From: Candidatus Moanibacter sp.
GTDB lineage: Bacteria > Verrucomicrobiota > Verrucomicrobiia > Opitutales > UBA2987
Direction of reading: 5' to 3'
Length of the DNA: 64,000 nucleotides
NCBI GenBank assembly: GCA_965215885.1
Contig: CBDCEW010000084.1
Location: 12,361-76,360, forward strand
A model generated the notes under the pieces. That model made no database searches. It was not told where the DNA came from and was given only the letters and a program-made list of their open reading frames with translations. The first letter of the stretch is position 1. Each line of letters starts with the position of its first letter. Of this stretch, positions 32,350 to 42,345 are shown in pieces. The position numbers were made by a program, and so were the translations under genes.

Positions 32350-32687
32350 GCGACCAGTCGATTTCACACCCTACGGTAAAGTCAAGCGGGAATTCGGCAG
32401 GGTTCTTCACTAGCCTGAAGATTTCACGGCTTTGGCGCAAACGGAGTTAAGAAGATGGAGACGAATTGGTAGCGAATGCGGGGAGAAACACAGCCTGTCT
32501 TCGCTCGAGATTGCGCCAAAGCTCACATCTCTTGAGGTTTGCCCGCAAGTATGCAATGCTGGCAGCATGCCCGAGCGGATATGCCACCAGGACTAGGGGC
32601 CGGTATAATTGGCTTGATCTTTATCGTACCATTTTCGGAAGTTGCTCGATTTCAGTGCATTTTTTTTGAGGATGCAAAATTGAATAA

Positions 32688-33356
32688 ATGAATCGTCTTA
32701 AAAGCGCAGATTCCGTTATTTCTCTGCCCGAGTTTTGTATCAACCTGGTGATAGCTTTAGTAATCAGCACTCTGGTTGGACAGCTCTACATACGATATGG
32801 ACGCTCGCTATCAAACCGTCGTAGATTTGCCAAGTCATTCGTCCTGTTGTGTGTGGTTACGACGCTGATAATATCGGTAGTGAGTTCATCCCTGGCTCTC
32901 TCTCTGGGGCTTGTGGGCGCTCTTTCGATTGTCCGGTTCCGCGCGGCCATAAAAGACCCTGAAGAATTAGTCTACCTTTTTCTGATCATCGCGTTTGGCG
33001 TGGGACTGGGCGGCAACCGGCCGGTCCTTACTTTAGTCGGCTTTCTCGTCGCCGCTTTCGTGATTCGATTACAGGCGTTCGATGAAAAGGGTTCCGAGGC
33101 GACGCATAAGGTTTTGAGCATTTGCTCACCAAAATTACCGGCGAGTGATTTGAAACAGATACCTCAGCTACTACGACCTCATTGCACAGGCGTTTCTCTA
33201 AAACGGTTCGATGAAAACGAAGATGGTATGGAAGCCGTATTCCTGATAGGCGTAGAAAGCTGCGATGCGCTTATGAGTTGCAAAGAGGCGTTGGAGAGTG
33301 CGTTCACAGAAATTAGAGTGTCCTTTTTTGATTCGGCGTTTCTTACAGAGGATTAG
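32688..33356 (+). CDS. DUF4956 membrane protein
   Basis: Motif SLALSLGLVGALSIVRFRAAIKDPEEL; C-terminal ACT-like region. Confidence 0.88.
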   Translation: MNRLKSADSVISLPEFCINLVIALVISTLVGQLYIRYGRSLSNRRRFAKSFVLLCVVTTLIISVVSSSLALSLGLVGALSIVRFRAAIKDPEELVYLFLIIAFGVGLGGNRPVLTLVGFLVAAFVIRLQAFDEKGSEATHKVLSICSPKLPASDLKQIPQLLRPHCTGVSLKRFDENEDGMEAVFLIGVESCDALMSCKEALESAFTEIRVSFFDSAFLTED

Positions 33357-33398
33357 GACTGACGAAGAGGGAGATATAACGAACTGCCAGATGCCGTA

Positions 33399-36300
33399 AT
33401 GATGCGTCTCAATCCTGGATCAGCGCGGGTTTTGAAGTACTCTTTGGTGGTGCTGTTGTTACCGGTTATTTTGATTACCCTGGCCCTCTTCTTCGACTAT
33501 TTCGAATGGGTAGGTATTAAGGACTATCTGTCCCGGGATTTTGCCATCGAATCCGAGGATTTGGTTTTTTTTGGAATTGCGTTGCTGGTTTTCTCTTCCC
33601 CGTTCGTTGTCAGGCGGTGGGTTCGTTCGTTGAATCTATTTCTCTCAATGCGGTCTTCCAGACCCGAAGCTCTTTTGATTTCCAGGGATCAGGACAGGAA
33701 AGAGGGGAAAGGAACTTCACCAGCTTTACACAATGCACCGAATGCTATTTTCGCTTTGTTGCTTCTTTCGTTTGCCGTAGCTGCCTTCGCACCGGATTGG
33801 GCGAAGAGCGGGGTCTACCATACCATGGCTTCTGCACTCAATCCGTTTGCGGAAGAATTCGTTACGCCGGCAGAACGTTCCATCAACGTAGTTCCCAGTC
33901 CGGATAGGCAAGGTGACAGTCTTGAGAAGACAAAGCTTCCTGTGATCGAGCTAACAATTCCCGAGTTGAGTATGCAGACATTGCTCAAGGCCATTCCGGA
34001 AATCGATCCGAACATCAACAAAGTCACAAACTTTTCCAGGTTTGCCGGTGTTGACGGCCCACAGTGGCCTTGGGTCCCCGCAGCGCTGACTTACGGGAGA
34101 AGAACCTATGACGTGGAAGTTCGTTTTCGTGGATGGAACATGGATCACTTTATGGTTCAGAAGAAATCCTGGCGAGTAAAGTTTCCTAAAGACAACCTGT
34201 TTTACGGTCTCCGTGAGATTAATATCATAAATCAGCGGGACCATACCGCTGTAATTGATGTTTTGCGGAGTGAATTATTGCGGGATTCCGGGTTACTGGT
34301 GCCAACGCAGTTCATGGTGCATCTCCGCATCAACGGCAGGTTTGCGGGTATTCAGACGTATCTTGAGCAGCCTGGAGAGCGCTTTTTTATCAAGCATAAC
34401 CGAGCGGTGGGAGACTTTTACGGAGAGAAGAAACCGATTGATTCGAAGAAGGGATTCTTAAATCCCGATAGTTGGCAGAAGTATTCGGCATGGAAGGATA
34501 GGCACTCATTTGAGAATTTGATGGAATTATACCGGGCAATCTTCAGTAAGGGCAGACCCGGGTATAAGGAGAAGATCGAGGAGATTCTCGACATTGACCA
34601 GTATCTCACGTTTTGCGCGCATGCAGCCATTATGGCGCGCCTAAATCATTCCGGGCATAATATACGATGGATCTTTGATCCAGTTTCAGGGAAGTTTCAG
34701 ATCGTTCCATGGTACCAGGGGCCGACCACGTATAGAAGTGGCAATGATTTCAGGCTGATAAAGAGGCTGGGTTGGAAAGTTTACCCACTTGGTCTTGCCA
34801 TAAACGATGATATGGATGGCCTGTTTCATTTAGAGGATTTCCGCGAGAGGTATTATTCGAGGACCTGGGAACTCCTAACCTCCAGCCATGAACGAAGCCG
34901 AATCCTGGCGAAAATAGATGAACTTTATGAACTGGTTAAAGAGGATGTTTATGCCGACTCTCGTATACACTATAGTCCATACGTTCAGATGTATATCAGT
35001 AATGAGCAGTGGGAAGAAAGCATTTCGCGCCTGAAGGAGTTGGTGGTATTGCGAGATCAATATCTGAAGTCGGAGTTTAACCGCTGCGATTTAACCGTAT
35101 CGGCAAAGCCATCCGGCCCAAGGGAATTCGTGGCCGAATCTCTGTTGGGTGCGTTGACTTTATTAGGTAGAATCGAACTAGCGAGCAGCGAACACATAGC
35201 CCCGTATGTTGAAACTCTGAGGATCGGAATTAGAGGATTACAGTTAGAATCCATTGAGGACCTCATAGTTCTCGATTCGAAGAGTGGTCAGCAATTTAAG
35301 GCCATTAGCGAATCAAATGGGAATGGCGAAGAGATGCTGGTTTCGTTCAAAATTGCTCGGTCCTTCCCATCGCGCGTCTCCGGGATCCCCTACCAGGTGC
35401 CGCTTGAGAATGGGATCTTTGTGTCACCGTACCCAATGGAAACTGGGAAGCTTTATACCCCTCAGAAGACGATTCATACTCTCTCATTGGCGCTCAGAGG
35501 GAAAAGGGTCCTGCCGAGTACAGTTGCATGGGAGGTACTATCAGTGGCAGCGAGAAATTCTGTCACCGGTGATCCGTTGCCCTCAGGAGTGTCTCCCGAG
35601 CAGGCACATTCCGGATCGAGAGTAGAGAGCGGTATGACTCGAACGATGGAATTGGTTTCACATCCTCGCACGCCGGAGGGCACTTTATCGGAACGGAAAC
35701 CTGACGGCATTGGGAAGCTGCAGCCAGGCATTGCGCAGTTTCAAAAGACTGTGGTGTGGAGTCGCGGTAAAAGAGTGTTAGAGGAGGATTATGTGGTTGA
35801 AAAAGGGACGAAATTGATCGTCGAGGCGGGAGCGGTGATCGCGATCAGGGAGGGGCGTTCGTTATTGGTGAAAGGCTTGATCGAAGCGAAAGGTACCCCG
35901 CAAGAACCCATCCTGTTTACGTCCGAAAACCCAGGTGAATATTGGGGAGTTATTGCCGTGGCAACTCAAAGGCAAGGAATGAATGTATTTCAAAATTGTA
36001 TCTTCGAGTACGGGAGTAATGCGACTTTGGGACGGGTAGATTATACCGGGGTTGTCTCCCTTTATTTCTCCGAGGGGACGGTTGAGGAGTGTATCTTTCG
36101 CGACAACCGCGCGGACGATGCGATCAACTCGAAGTATGCGTCACCGACGATATCAAATTGCCGCTTCGTTCGCAATCTCGACGCTGTCGACATAGATTTT
36201 GGTGGAGGTATTGTTAAGAACTGCACCTTTCGCGACAGTCGCGACGATGCCATCGATTTGTCCTCATCTTGGGCGATTATAAGAGATAACCGGATCTATG

Positions 36301-36767
36301 GTGGCGGCGATAAAGGTATTTCGATCGGTGAGAAATCCTTTCCCAAAGTCTACAACAATTTGATTCTTGACTGTAATATTGGAATTGCCATCAAAGATCT
36401 TTCTGAACCCGTTATGATTAATAATACGGTGACTCGAAATAAGTGGGGTTTGGCTCTTTATAGAAAGAAATTTGAATTTGGTCCGAGCAAAGGAGAGCTT
36501 ATTAACTCTATCGTTTTTGGCAATCGAACCGACGTCATCATTGAAAAGGGATCTCACATTTGGGCGTCTAACAGTCACATTGGACAGCGAGTGGCCGGTC
36601 CAGATAATTCGAGCGATCCGCCACTTTTTTTAGATCCCGGCAGGCGTGATTTTCGTCTGTCGGATGACTCCCCCTGCCTCGGAAAAGGAAACGGGTATTT
36701 GGTGAGTTACTATGGGGTAAAGGGGTCGCAGCGATTGTGGAATGTGGGATGTGAATACGATGATTAG
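33399..36767 (+). CDS. membrane-anchored CotH-kinase-like protein with C-terminal right-handed beta-helix
   Basis: N-terminal TMs; VRFRG, KKSWRVKF, INGRFAG..TYLEQ and HN..IFDP..GKF motifs; beta-helix repeats DDAIN, DAVDID, DDAIDLS and GDKGISIGE. Confidence 0.82.
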   Translation: MMRLNPGSARVLKYSLVVLLLPVILITLALFFDYFEWVGIKDYLSRDFAIESEDLVFFGIALLVFSSPFVVRRWVRSLNLFLSMRSSRPEALLISRDQDRKEGKGTSPALHNAPNAIFALLLLSFAVAAFAPDWAKSGVYHTMASALNPFAEEFVTPAERSINVVPSPDRQGDSLEKTKLPVIELTIPELSMQTLLKAIPEIDPNINKVTNFSRFAGVDGPQWPWVPAALTYGRRTYDVEVRFRGWNMDHFMVQKKSWRVKFPKDNLFYGLREINIINQRDHTAVIDVLRSELLRDSGLLVPTQFMVHLRINGRFAGIQTYLEQPGERFFIKHNRAVGDFYGEKKPIDSKKGFLNPDSWQKYSAWKDRHSFENLMELYRAIFSKGRPGYKEKIEEILDIDQYLTFCAHAAIMARLNHSGHNIRWIFDPVSGKFQIVPWYQGPTTYRSGNDFRLIKRLGWKVYPLGLAINDDMDGLFHLEDFRERYYSRTWELLTSSHERSRILAKIDELYELVKEDVYADSRIHYSPYVQMYISNEQWEESISRLKELVVLRDQYLKSEFNRCDLTVSAKPSGPREFVAESLLGALTLLGRIELASSEHIAPYVETLRIGIRGLQLESIEDLIVLDSKSGQQFKAISESNGNGEEMLVSFKIARSFPSRVSGIPYQVPLENGIFVSPYPMETGKLYTPQKTIHTLSLALRGKRVLPSTVAWEVLSVAARNSVTGDPLPSGVSPEQAHSGSRVESGMTRTMELVSHPRTPEGTLSERKPDGIGKLQPGIAQFQKTVVWSRGKRVLEEDYVVEKGTKLIVEAGAVIAIREGRSLLVKGLIEAKGTPQEPILFTSENPGEYWGVIAVATQRQGMNVFQNCIFEYGSNATLGRVDYTGVVSLYFSEGTVEECIFRDNRADDAINSKYASPTISNCRFVRNLDAVDIDFGGGIVKNCTFRDSRDDAIDLSSSWAIIRDNRIYGGGDKGISIGEKSFPKVYNNLILDCNIGIAIKDLSEPVMINNTVTRNKWGLALYRKKFEFGPSKGELINSIVFGNRTDVIIEKGSHIWASNSHIGQRVAGPDNSSDPPLFLDPGRRDFRLSDDSPCLGKGNGYLVSYYGVKGSQRLWNVGCEYDD

Positions 36768-37458
36768 GTCGCCTGAGGAAGGGTTGAGCTTTCGAGAGGA
36801 GCGGAAGTTTGTCATACCCCGTGGCGACTGTCGGGAGATTGAGGGTATGATCAGAATCTCGCCCGCGATGTTTTCTGAGAACTTTCCACCCCGATGGGTA
36901 AATAGCATCTACCTAGATACTTATGATTTTCTGAATCATACCGAACACCTTGCAGGAGTCTGCGATCGAGCCAAACATCGAGTTCGGTGGTACGGTAGTC
37001 TTCGAGGAAAAATCACGAGTCCGGTTCTTGAGGAAAAAATGCGCTTCAGCATTTTAGGAGCGAAGAGAAGGTACCGATTGCCGGAGTTTAACTTTGATGG
37101 GCGTATATCTTCTTCTATCCTCCACTCGAAACTTAGGGAAGGGGAGGTTGATCCTCGTATTTTGGAAGTTTGCCTTAAGAAGATCTTAACCATTGTTACT
37201 CGCTACCGGCGAAAGTATTTTGTATCGCGTGATGGAAGATATCGAGTAACGATCGACTGGGGGCTCGAATATTACGGAGTTCAAGCAGGTGGGTGCGGTT
37301 TTCGAAGAGGTAGAAAAGAATCCACCGTTATTGTTGAGCTTAAATATGATCCGGAATTCAGTGACGACGTGCATCGAGTAGTTTCTAAGATGCCGTTTCG
37401 AATTGTCAGGAACTCAAAATATATGAGAGGCGTCAGCTCGATTTATGGCATCGAATGA
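36760..37458 (+). CDS. VTC-domain (polyphosphate polymerase-like, CYTH fold) protein
   Basis: Motifs REERKF, VNSIYLDT, KHRVRWYG, RYRRKYF, RVTID, ELKY and SKY. ATG overlaps the CotH-like stop. Confidence 0.88.
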   Translation: MIRSPEEGLSFREERKFVIPRGDCREIEGMIRISPAMFSENFPPRWVNSIYLDTYDFLNHTEHLAGVCDRAKHRVRWYGSLRGKITSPVLEEKMRFSILGAKRRYRLPEFNFDGRISSSILHSKLREGEVDPRILEVCLKKILTIVTRYRRKYFVSRDGRYRVTIDWGLEYYGVQAGGCGFRRGRKESTVIVELKYDPEFSDDVHRVVSKMPFRIVRNSKYMRGVSSIYGIE

Positions 37459-37517
37459 ATTGGCGTTATGTTCCTAAACAATGCAATTCACAGCCACGTC
37501 TTCACCGGTGGAGAAAA

Positions 37518-38204
37518 TCAGGCTGAAGGTGGAGGTTGCCTTCCCTGGTTGCCTTCGATGATTTGAGAAATTTGCTCCACGACCTCTACAAGGGGTATTT
37601 TCGAATTGTTGATTCGTATTGCTCCCTGGGGGCAGTGGAGAGGAGCCAGATTTCGCGTGGAGTCGGTTTTGTCGCGCTCTTCGATGGGATCCCGAAGGCC
37701 TTCTTTTGAACGACGGCGGGCTCTGGTCTCTTGATCGGCTTCCAGGTAGAATTTGAAGTCCGCATCGGGAAAGACGACCGATCCGATGTCCCGGCCTTCC
37801 ATAACAATGCCGTGGAATTCGTGATTCCGGGCGAATGAGGCGAGGCTGCGCTGATAATCAAGCAAGAACTGCCTTACCTGGGGAACGGCCGAGAATTGAG
37901 AAACCTCCCGGTTTACCTGGGGGCTCCTCAACTCTTGCGAGGTGGGCGAAAATCCGGATAAGCGAATACGAGCGCTTCGACTCCGGACGACAGTATCGAT
38001 CTGTATTTTGTTTAAATCTGATCCCAACTTACCAGAGTTTTCAGAACTCAGACCTCTATTAAGGCAGAAGTAGGTGACGGCTCGATAGTGGGAACCGGTA
38101 TCGACGTAGAGCAATTTGAAGCGTTCGGCGATGAGGCGCGCAGTGGAAGACTTACCGGATGCGGCCCCTCCATCAATAGCGATGATTTTGAATTCTTCCG
38201 GCAT
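37518..38204 (-). CDS. cmk: cytidylate kinase
   Basis: Motifs IAIDGGAASGKSST, DTGSHYR and EGRDIGSVVFPDA. Confidence 0.95.
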   Translation of the reverse strand: MPEEFKIIAIDGGAASGKSSTARLIAERFKLLYVDTGSHYRAVTYFCLNRGLSSENSGKLGSDLNKIQIDTVVRSRSARIRLSGFSPTSQELRSPQVNREVSQFSAVPQVRQFLLDYQRSLASFARNHEFHGIVMEGRDIGSVVFPDADFKFYLEADQETRARRRSKEGLRDPIEERDKTDSTRNLAPLHCPQGAIRINNSKIPLVEVVEQISQIIEGNQGRQPPPSA

Positions 38205-38207
38205 TGT

Positions 38208-39566
38208 TCACGATTCGGTGTGTAGTGAGCCCAGGATGTCAAAGAATCGTGGGAAAGTCTTTGCTACGCAGTCCGGGTTCTTAATGGATAGCCAAGGATT
38301 ATCCTGGTCGAGGATATTGGCACAGCCGAGGATTGCGAAACTCATGGCTATCCGATGATCGTTGTATGTCTCGATAGTGACTCCCCGGGCTGCTCTCTCC
38401 CGAAGAGCGGAAAGGTCGGGAGTGATCAGAAGATCCTCCACTCCCTCTTCGATTCCCTGTCCGAGCCGCCGTAATTCGTGAGCGACCGATGCGAGGCGAT
38501 CAGACTCTTGCTTACGCGTGTGGCCAATTCCTCGAATATGGACCCTGCTTTCGAATAGCGGGGCAACTGCTGCCAGGGTAAGGAAAGTGTCAGAGATGGG
38601 ATTGAAGTCCAAATCGAGCAGGTCTCGACCTGAGGGCAATCTCCTGCCCCCTTCAAATCGAAAAGAAATCTCGGAAGAATCGCTCTCCACGCAAAGTCTT
38701 GTGTTTTCCCGAAGCAAACTCAGAAATTGAGAATCTCCCTGGAGAGGAACTTCACTTAAGGCGCGTATGCTGATGGTCCCCCCCGCCACGAGGGGAAGAA
38801 TGGCAAAGTAGCTGGCGGCTGTCGCATCCGGCTCAATTTCATATACTGCGCCCTCCAAATTGTAATTGCAGGGGGCCTCAATCTCAAAACCGCCATTTTC
38901 CCCGGTTACATATCTCTGGAGTCCGAATTGCTCCATCATCCGATGAGTCATTTCAACAAAGGGCTTTGATACCGTTTCGCCTCGAAGTGAAATCTGTAAG
39001 AGGTCTTTTGCGTGGGGCGCCGCCATCAGCAAAGCGGAGAGAAACTGACTGCTGGCACTTGCGTTCACTTCAATCTTACCCCCGGAGAGACCGTGAGTGT
39101 GGAGGGTGAACGGAAAGTGCCCTGTTTGGCCTTCGTATTGGATCTTTGCGCCGAGAGCTATGAGGGCGTCGAGGAGCCCTTTCATGGGACGATTTCGCAT
39201 AATGTTTTCGCCATCGAGAAAGTAAGAGCCACCTTCCCGGAGGCAGAGAAAGGCGGTCAGAAACCTCGCAGCAGTACCCGCGTTTCCGATAAAGATACGC
39301 GCGTCGGGGTTCGGAATTTTACCACCTTGACCTCTAATCCGCACTGAGTTTTCGGTGTGTTGGGCTATGACTTCATAGCCCAATGCGATGAGAGCCCGCA
39401 CCATAATCTCAGTATCTTCGCTAAAGAGGGCGTTGCGCAGGGTAACTTCATGATCGCAGAGTGCCGCCATTATAAGCGCCCGATTTGTGATACTCTTCGA
39501 ACCGGGTAATCCTACCCTTCCCGCAACGGGTCGAGTGAAGGGAAGTATGGGAAGAGGGTCTTTCAT
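38208..39566 (-). CDS. aroA: EPSP synthase
   Basis: Motifs PGSKSITNR, GNAGTAARF, SSQFLS, QESDRL and DHRIAM. Confidence 0.96.
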   Translation of the reverse strand: MKDPLPILPFTRPVAGRVGLPGSKSITNRALIMAALCDHEVTLRNALFSEDTEIMVRALIALGYEVIAQHTENSVRIRGQGGKIPNPDARIFIGNAGTAARFLTAFLCLREGGSYFLDGENIMRNRPMKGLLDALIALGAKIQYEGQTGHFPFTLHTHGLSGGKIEVNASASSQFLSALLMAAPHAKDLLQISLRGETVSKPFVEMTHRMMEQFGLQRYVTGENGGFEIEAPCNYNLEGAVYEIEPDATAASYFAILPLVAGGTISIRALSEVPLQGDSQFLSLLRENTRLCVESDSSEISFRFEGGRRLPSGRDLLDLDFNPISDTFLTLAAVAPLFESRVHIRGIGHTRKQESDRLASVAHELRRLGQGIEEGVEDLLITPDLSALRERAARGVTIETYNDHRIAMSFAILGCANILDQDNPWLSIKNPDCVAKTFPRFFDILGSLHTES

Positions 39567-39573
39567 GCCAAGC

Positions 39574-39671
39574 TAGGAATCTGTCGGACCTAGAATTCTT
39601 AACACCCCCATATCGACGAATTCATGGTGACAGATCGACATTCCGACGCAGATGAGACCGACAGATTCCTA
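39574..39671 (-). mobile_element. 98-bp MITE, copy A
   Basis: Perfect 14-bp terminal inverted repeat TAGGAATCTGTCGG with CTAG at both ends. Supplies or overlaps the tyrA TAG stop. Confidence 0.85.
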
Positions 39672-40532
39672 GCTGCCCTCCAATTTTAGCCGAAGGCGGT
39701 CGCGGAAAGCTTTGCCGTGTTCGAGGACATTGAGAATCTCAAAGACCTGACCATTTGTGATGGCGGTCTTCATGGCTTGGAGTTCATCCTCAAACCCACC
39801 GATGGCACGGACGATTTCTTCGCGATTCTGTTCGATTATGCATTTCCAGAGACTGGGGCTTGCGGCCGCAACACGCGTCGAGTCGCGCAGTCCGTCTCCC
39901 GCAAAATTGCGCCAGTTGGAGTCTTTGGAGCCAAGGTAGGTACAGAGAACGCTGGCCAAAACATGGGGTAGATGGCTGATATTGGCTACGATTTCGTCGT
40001 GCTGCTCCGGCGTCACCGTTACGACTTCCATATCGAGCGCTTTCCAGAACAGCAGTAGCGATTCAACCGCCTTTTCATCGGTGTCAACTAGAGGTGTTAC
40101 GAAACAGGCCTTCTTACGATAGAGCTCAGCATCCGCATACTGCATACCGCTCTTCTCGGAGCCGGCCATGGGATGCGACCCGACGAATGCCGCATTGCCT
40201 GGAATCAGAACATGGCAATGGCGTGTAATCAGGCTCTTAGTGCTACCGACATCGGTCACGATTGCCCCCGGTTTGACACAACCGGCGATGCGGGCCACTA
40301 TCCCTTGAACGGCTTCAACCGGTGTGCATACAACAACGATATCGGATCCTCGAACTGCCTCTTCAAGGGTCTCGGTTACAGAATCGCACCAGGGTTGTGA
40401 TGCGCATTTGAGGCGTGTTTCGGGGCGGCGCGCCCATAGAATGGTACGCTGAGAAATTTGGCGTGCTTTAACAGCCTGTGCCAGAGAGGCGCCTAGAAGG
40501 CCCGGTGCGATGATAGTGATCTGCTCAAACAT
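39669..40532 (-). CDS. tyrA: prephenate/arogenate dehydrogenase
   Basis: Motifs TDVGSTK, GSHPMAGSEKSG, HDEIVANISHLPH and RDSTRVA. Confidence 0.92.
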   Translation of the reverse strand: MFEQITIIAPGLLGASLAQAVKARQISQRTILWARRPETRLKCASQPWCDSVTETLEEAVRGSDIVVVCTPVEAVQGIVARIAGCVKPGAIVTDVGSTKSLITRHCHVLIPGNAAFVGSHPMAGSEKSGMQYADAELYRKKACFVTPLVDTDEKAVESLLLFWKALDMEVVTVTPEQHDEIVANISHLPHVLASVLCTYLGSKDSNWRNFAGDGLRDSTRVAAASPSLWKCIIEQNREEIVRAIGGFEDELQAMKTAITNGQVFEILNVLEHGKAFRDRLRLKLEGS

Positions 40533-42345
40533 CAATTTTGCTTTGATATTTCAACCGGTAAAACAGGAATGCGATAATGTAAATCAGCAGAGCGAGTTGT
40601 GCCAGGAACTGAAGCCCGAAGAGCATCGATAGATACTCGAGGCAGCCGCCCAAAACGGACCCCAGAAGGTTTGATCCGAGTGCTGAGGTGGGGTTAGCCG
40701 AACGGGAAAGGAGGATCGGGACGATAATACCGGCAAAGAAAATGGGAATAGCGATGAGAAGTCCACCGAGAATGCTTCGAGGGAGCATCTCAAAATGATT
40801 GAGTTCGCTGACCGGGAAATAGCATACCAGAACAACGGCGAAGAAGAGGCCTAAGAACCAGTATGTGGGATCTCTCAGACTGAAATGCATGACAACCAGA
40901 TTGGCCAGCAGAACCATCGTCAGGATGGCAGCAAATACGGCGGAGTTTACAATCCATGTGGATCCGAAAAGAAGGGATAAGCTGGTGATGCCACGCGTCT
41001 CCAAAAGGAGAAATGAAGTGCCCATAAGAAAGAGGGTAGAGTCAAATTCCCGGACTACGTTTTTCTTCCCAAACGCGAATACGACCAATCCCGTTCCCAG
41101 GAGCAGGATGAAGAGCAGTACCAGGAGGTAGCCCCAAGGGAAGACTCCGGGACGTATGTAAAGAAAGGGCCAATCATCACTCGTGGTTCGAACCTGGGGT
41201 ATCTCGCTCCCCGCCTCTATCGTCTGAAAGGTGTTCAGTCGGGCGTAATTGAGCTTGGCACTCTCTTTAGGGACGATGAAGGTTACACTGAAATGTTCTC
41301 TCTCGTGAAAAAGTGGTAGTGGCCGTATGCCGGTCGCCTTCGCGATTGTCGTATAAAGCCGCAAGAAAAACCACTCACCGGCATAAACGCTTATAGTAAT
41401 GCTGAGATGCCCCCTATCAGAAACCAGCTCCCAGGCGGATCGAATGCTGTCCTCGGTGTAGACGTAATTGTCAAGTCGCAACGAGGACATGGATGAAAAC
41501 ATGGCATGCGAGTCGAGGAAACCGAAACTGACGACGTCAAAGGGTTCACCCTGGTATTGTTCAAAGAAAGGTCTGGCATCGTTAACCACCGGAATTACCT
41601 CCGAATTTTGGTAAGGTTGTTCAGGGTGTAGCGATTGTCCCAATGCAATGATCTCTCCGTCGATATCTACAGAATAGATCATGGCGTAATCGTTTCGAAT
41701 TGCCGCCTGAACATCGTTTCCGGTGCCGGCTCCCACAATTAATGCCCTTCTGCGCGCATCATTTATAAAAAAGGGTAAGTCGTAGACGCGTCTTAATCCG
41801 AATGCCAAGAGGTCTTTGCTTTGAGAGAGCTCCTCCCTGGATAACGGGAGCTCGGAGAAATCATGCATGTATTGATGGAAATCCCGGTTTACCCTGATCG
41901 TGATTGCGACAGGATTGTCATGCTTAACATCGATGCGATTGTAAGGTGAGTATATTGCCCCCTGAATGGAAAAAGCGCTCAGAATTAGAATGCCGAGAAA
42001 GGCTGCAATGCTGTACCACTTTCGCGACAGCCAGCAGAACGGTAATCCCCCAATCATGAACCAGATTGGAGGGTTCGCGGAGAACGAGGTTGCGATCGTG
42101 AATGCGATTATGCCCAGGAGCGAGCCGAGCAGATCTGCCGAGTAGGCACGAAGAGTGGGAATTCTACCAAAGAGATACCCAACAGGAGTTCCAGCAAATA
42201 TAAAAACACTGACAATGAAGCAGAAGAGGCAGAGAAAAATTGCGATGTTGAGACTGAAGGTAGAGAGAGACCAAGTGTTCAGCTCCCCATAAGAAAACTG
42301 AGGTAGTCCGTCAAGGGATTTTTTGAGTTTTTTCTCATGTTGTGT

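Larger units (their letters stand above)
31319..32682. repeat. 1364-bp inverted duplication, copy B
   Basis: Reverse complement of 1625..2988. Confidence 0.95.
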
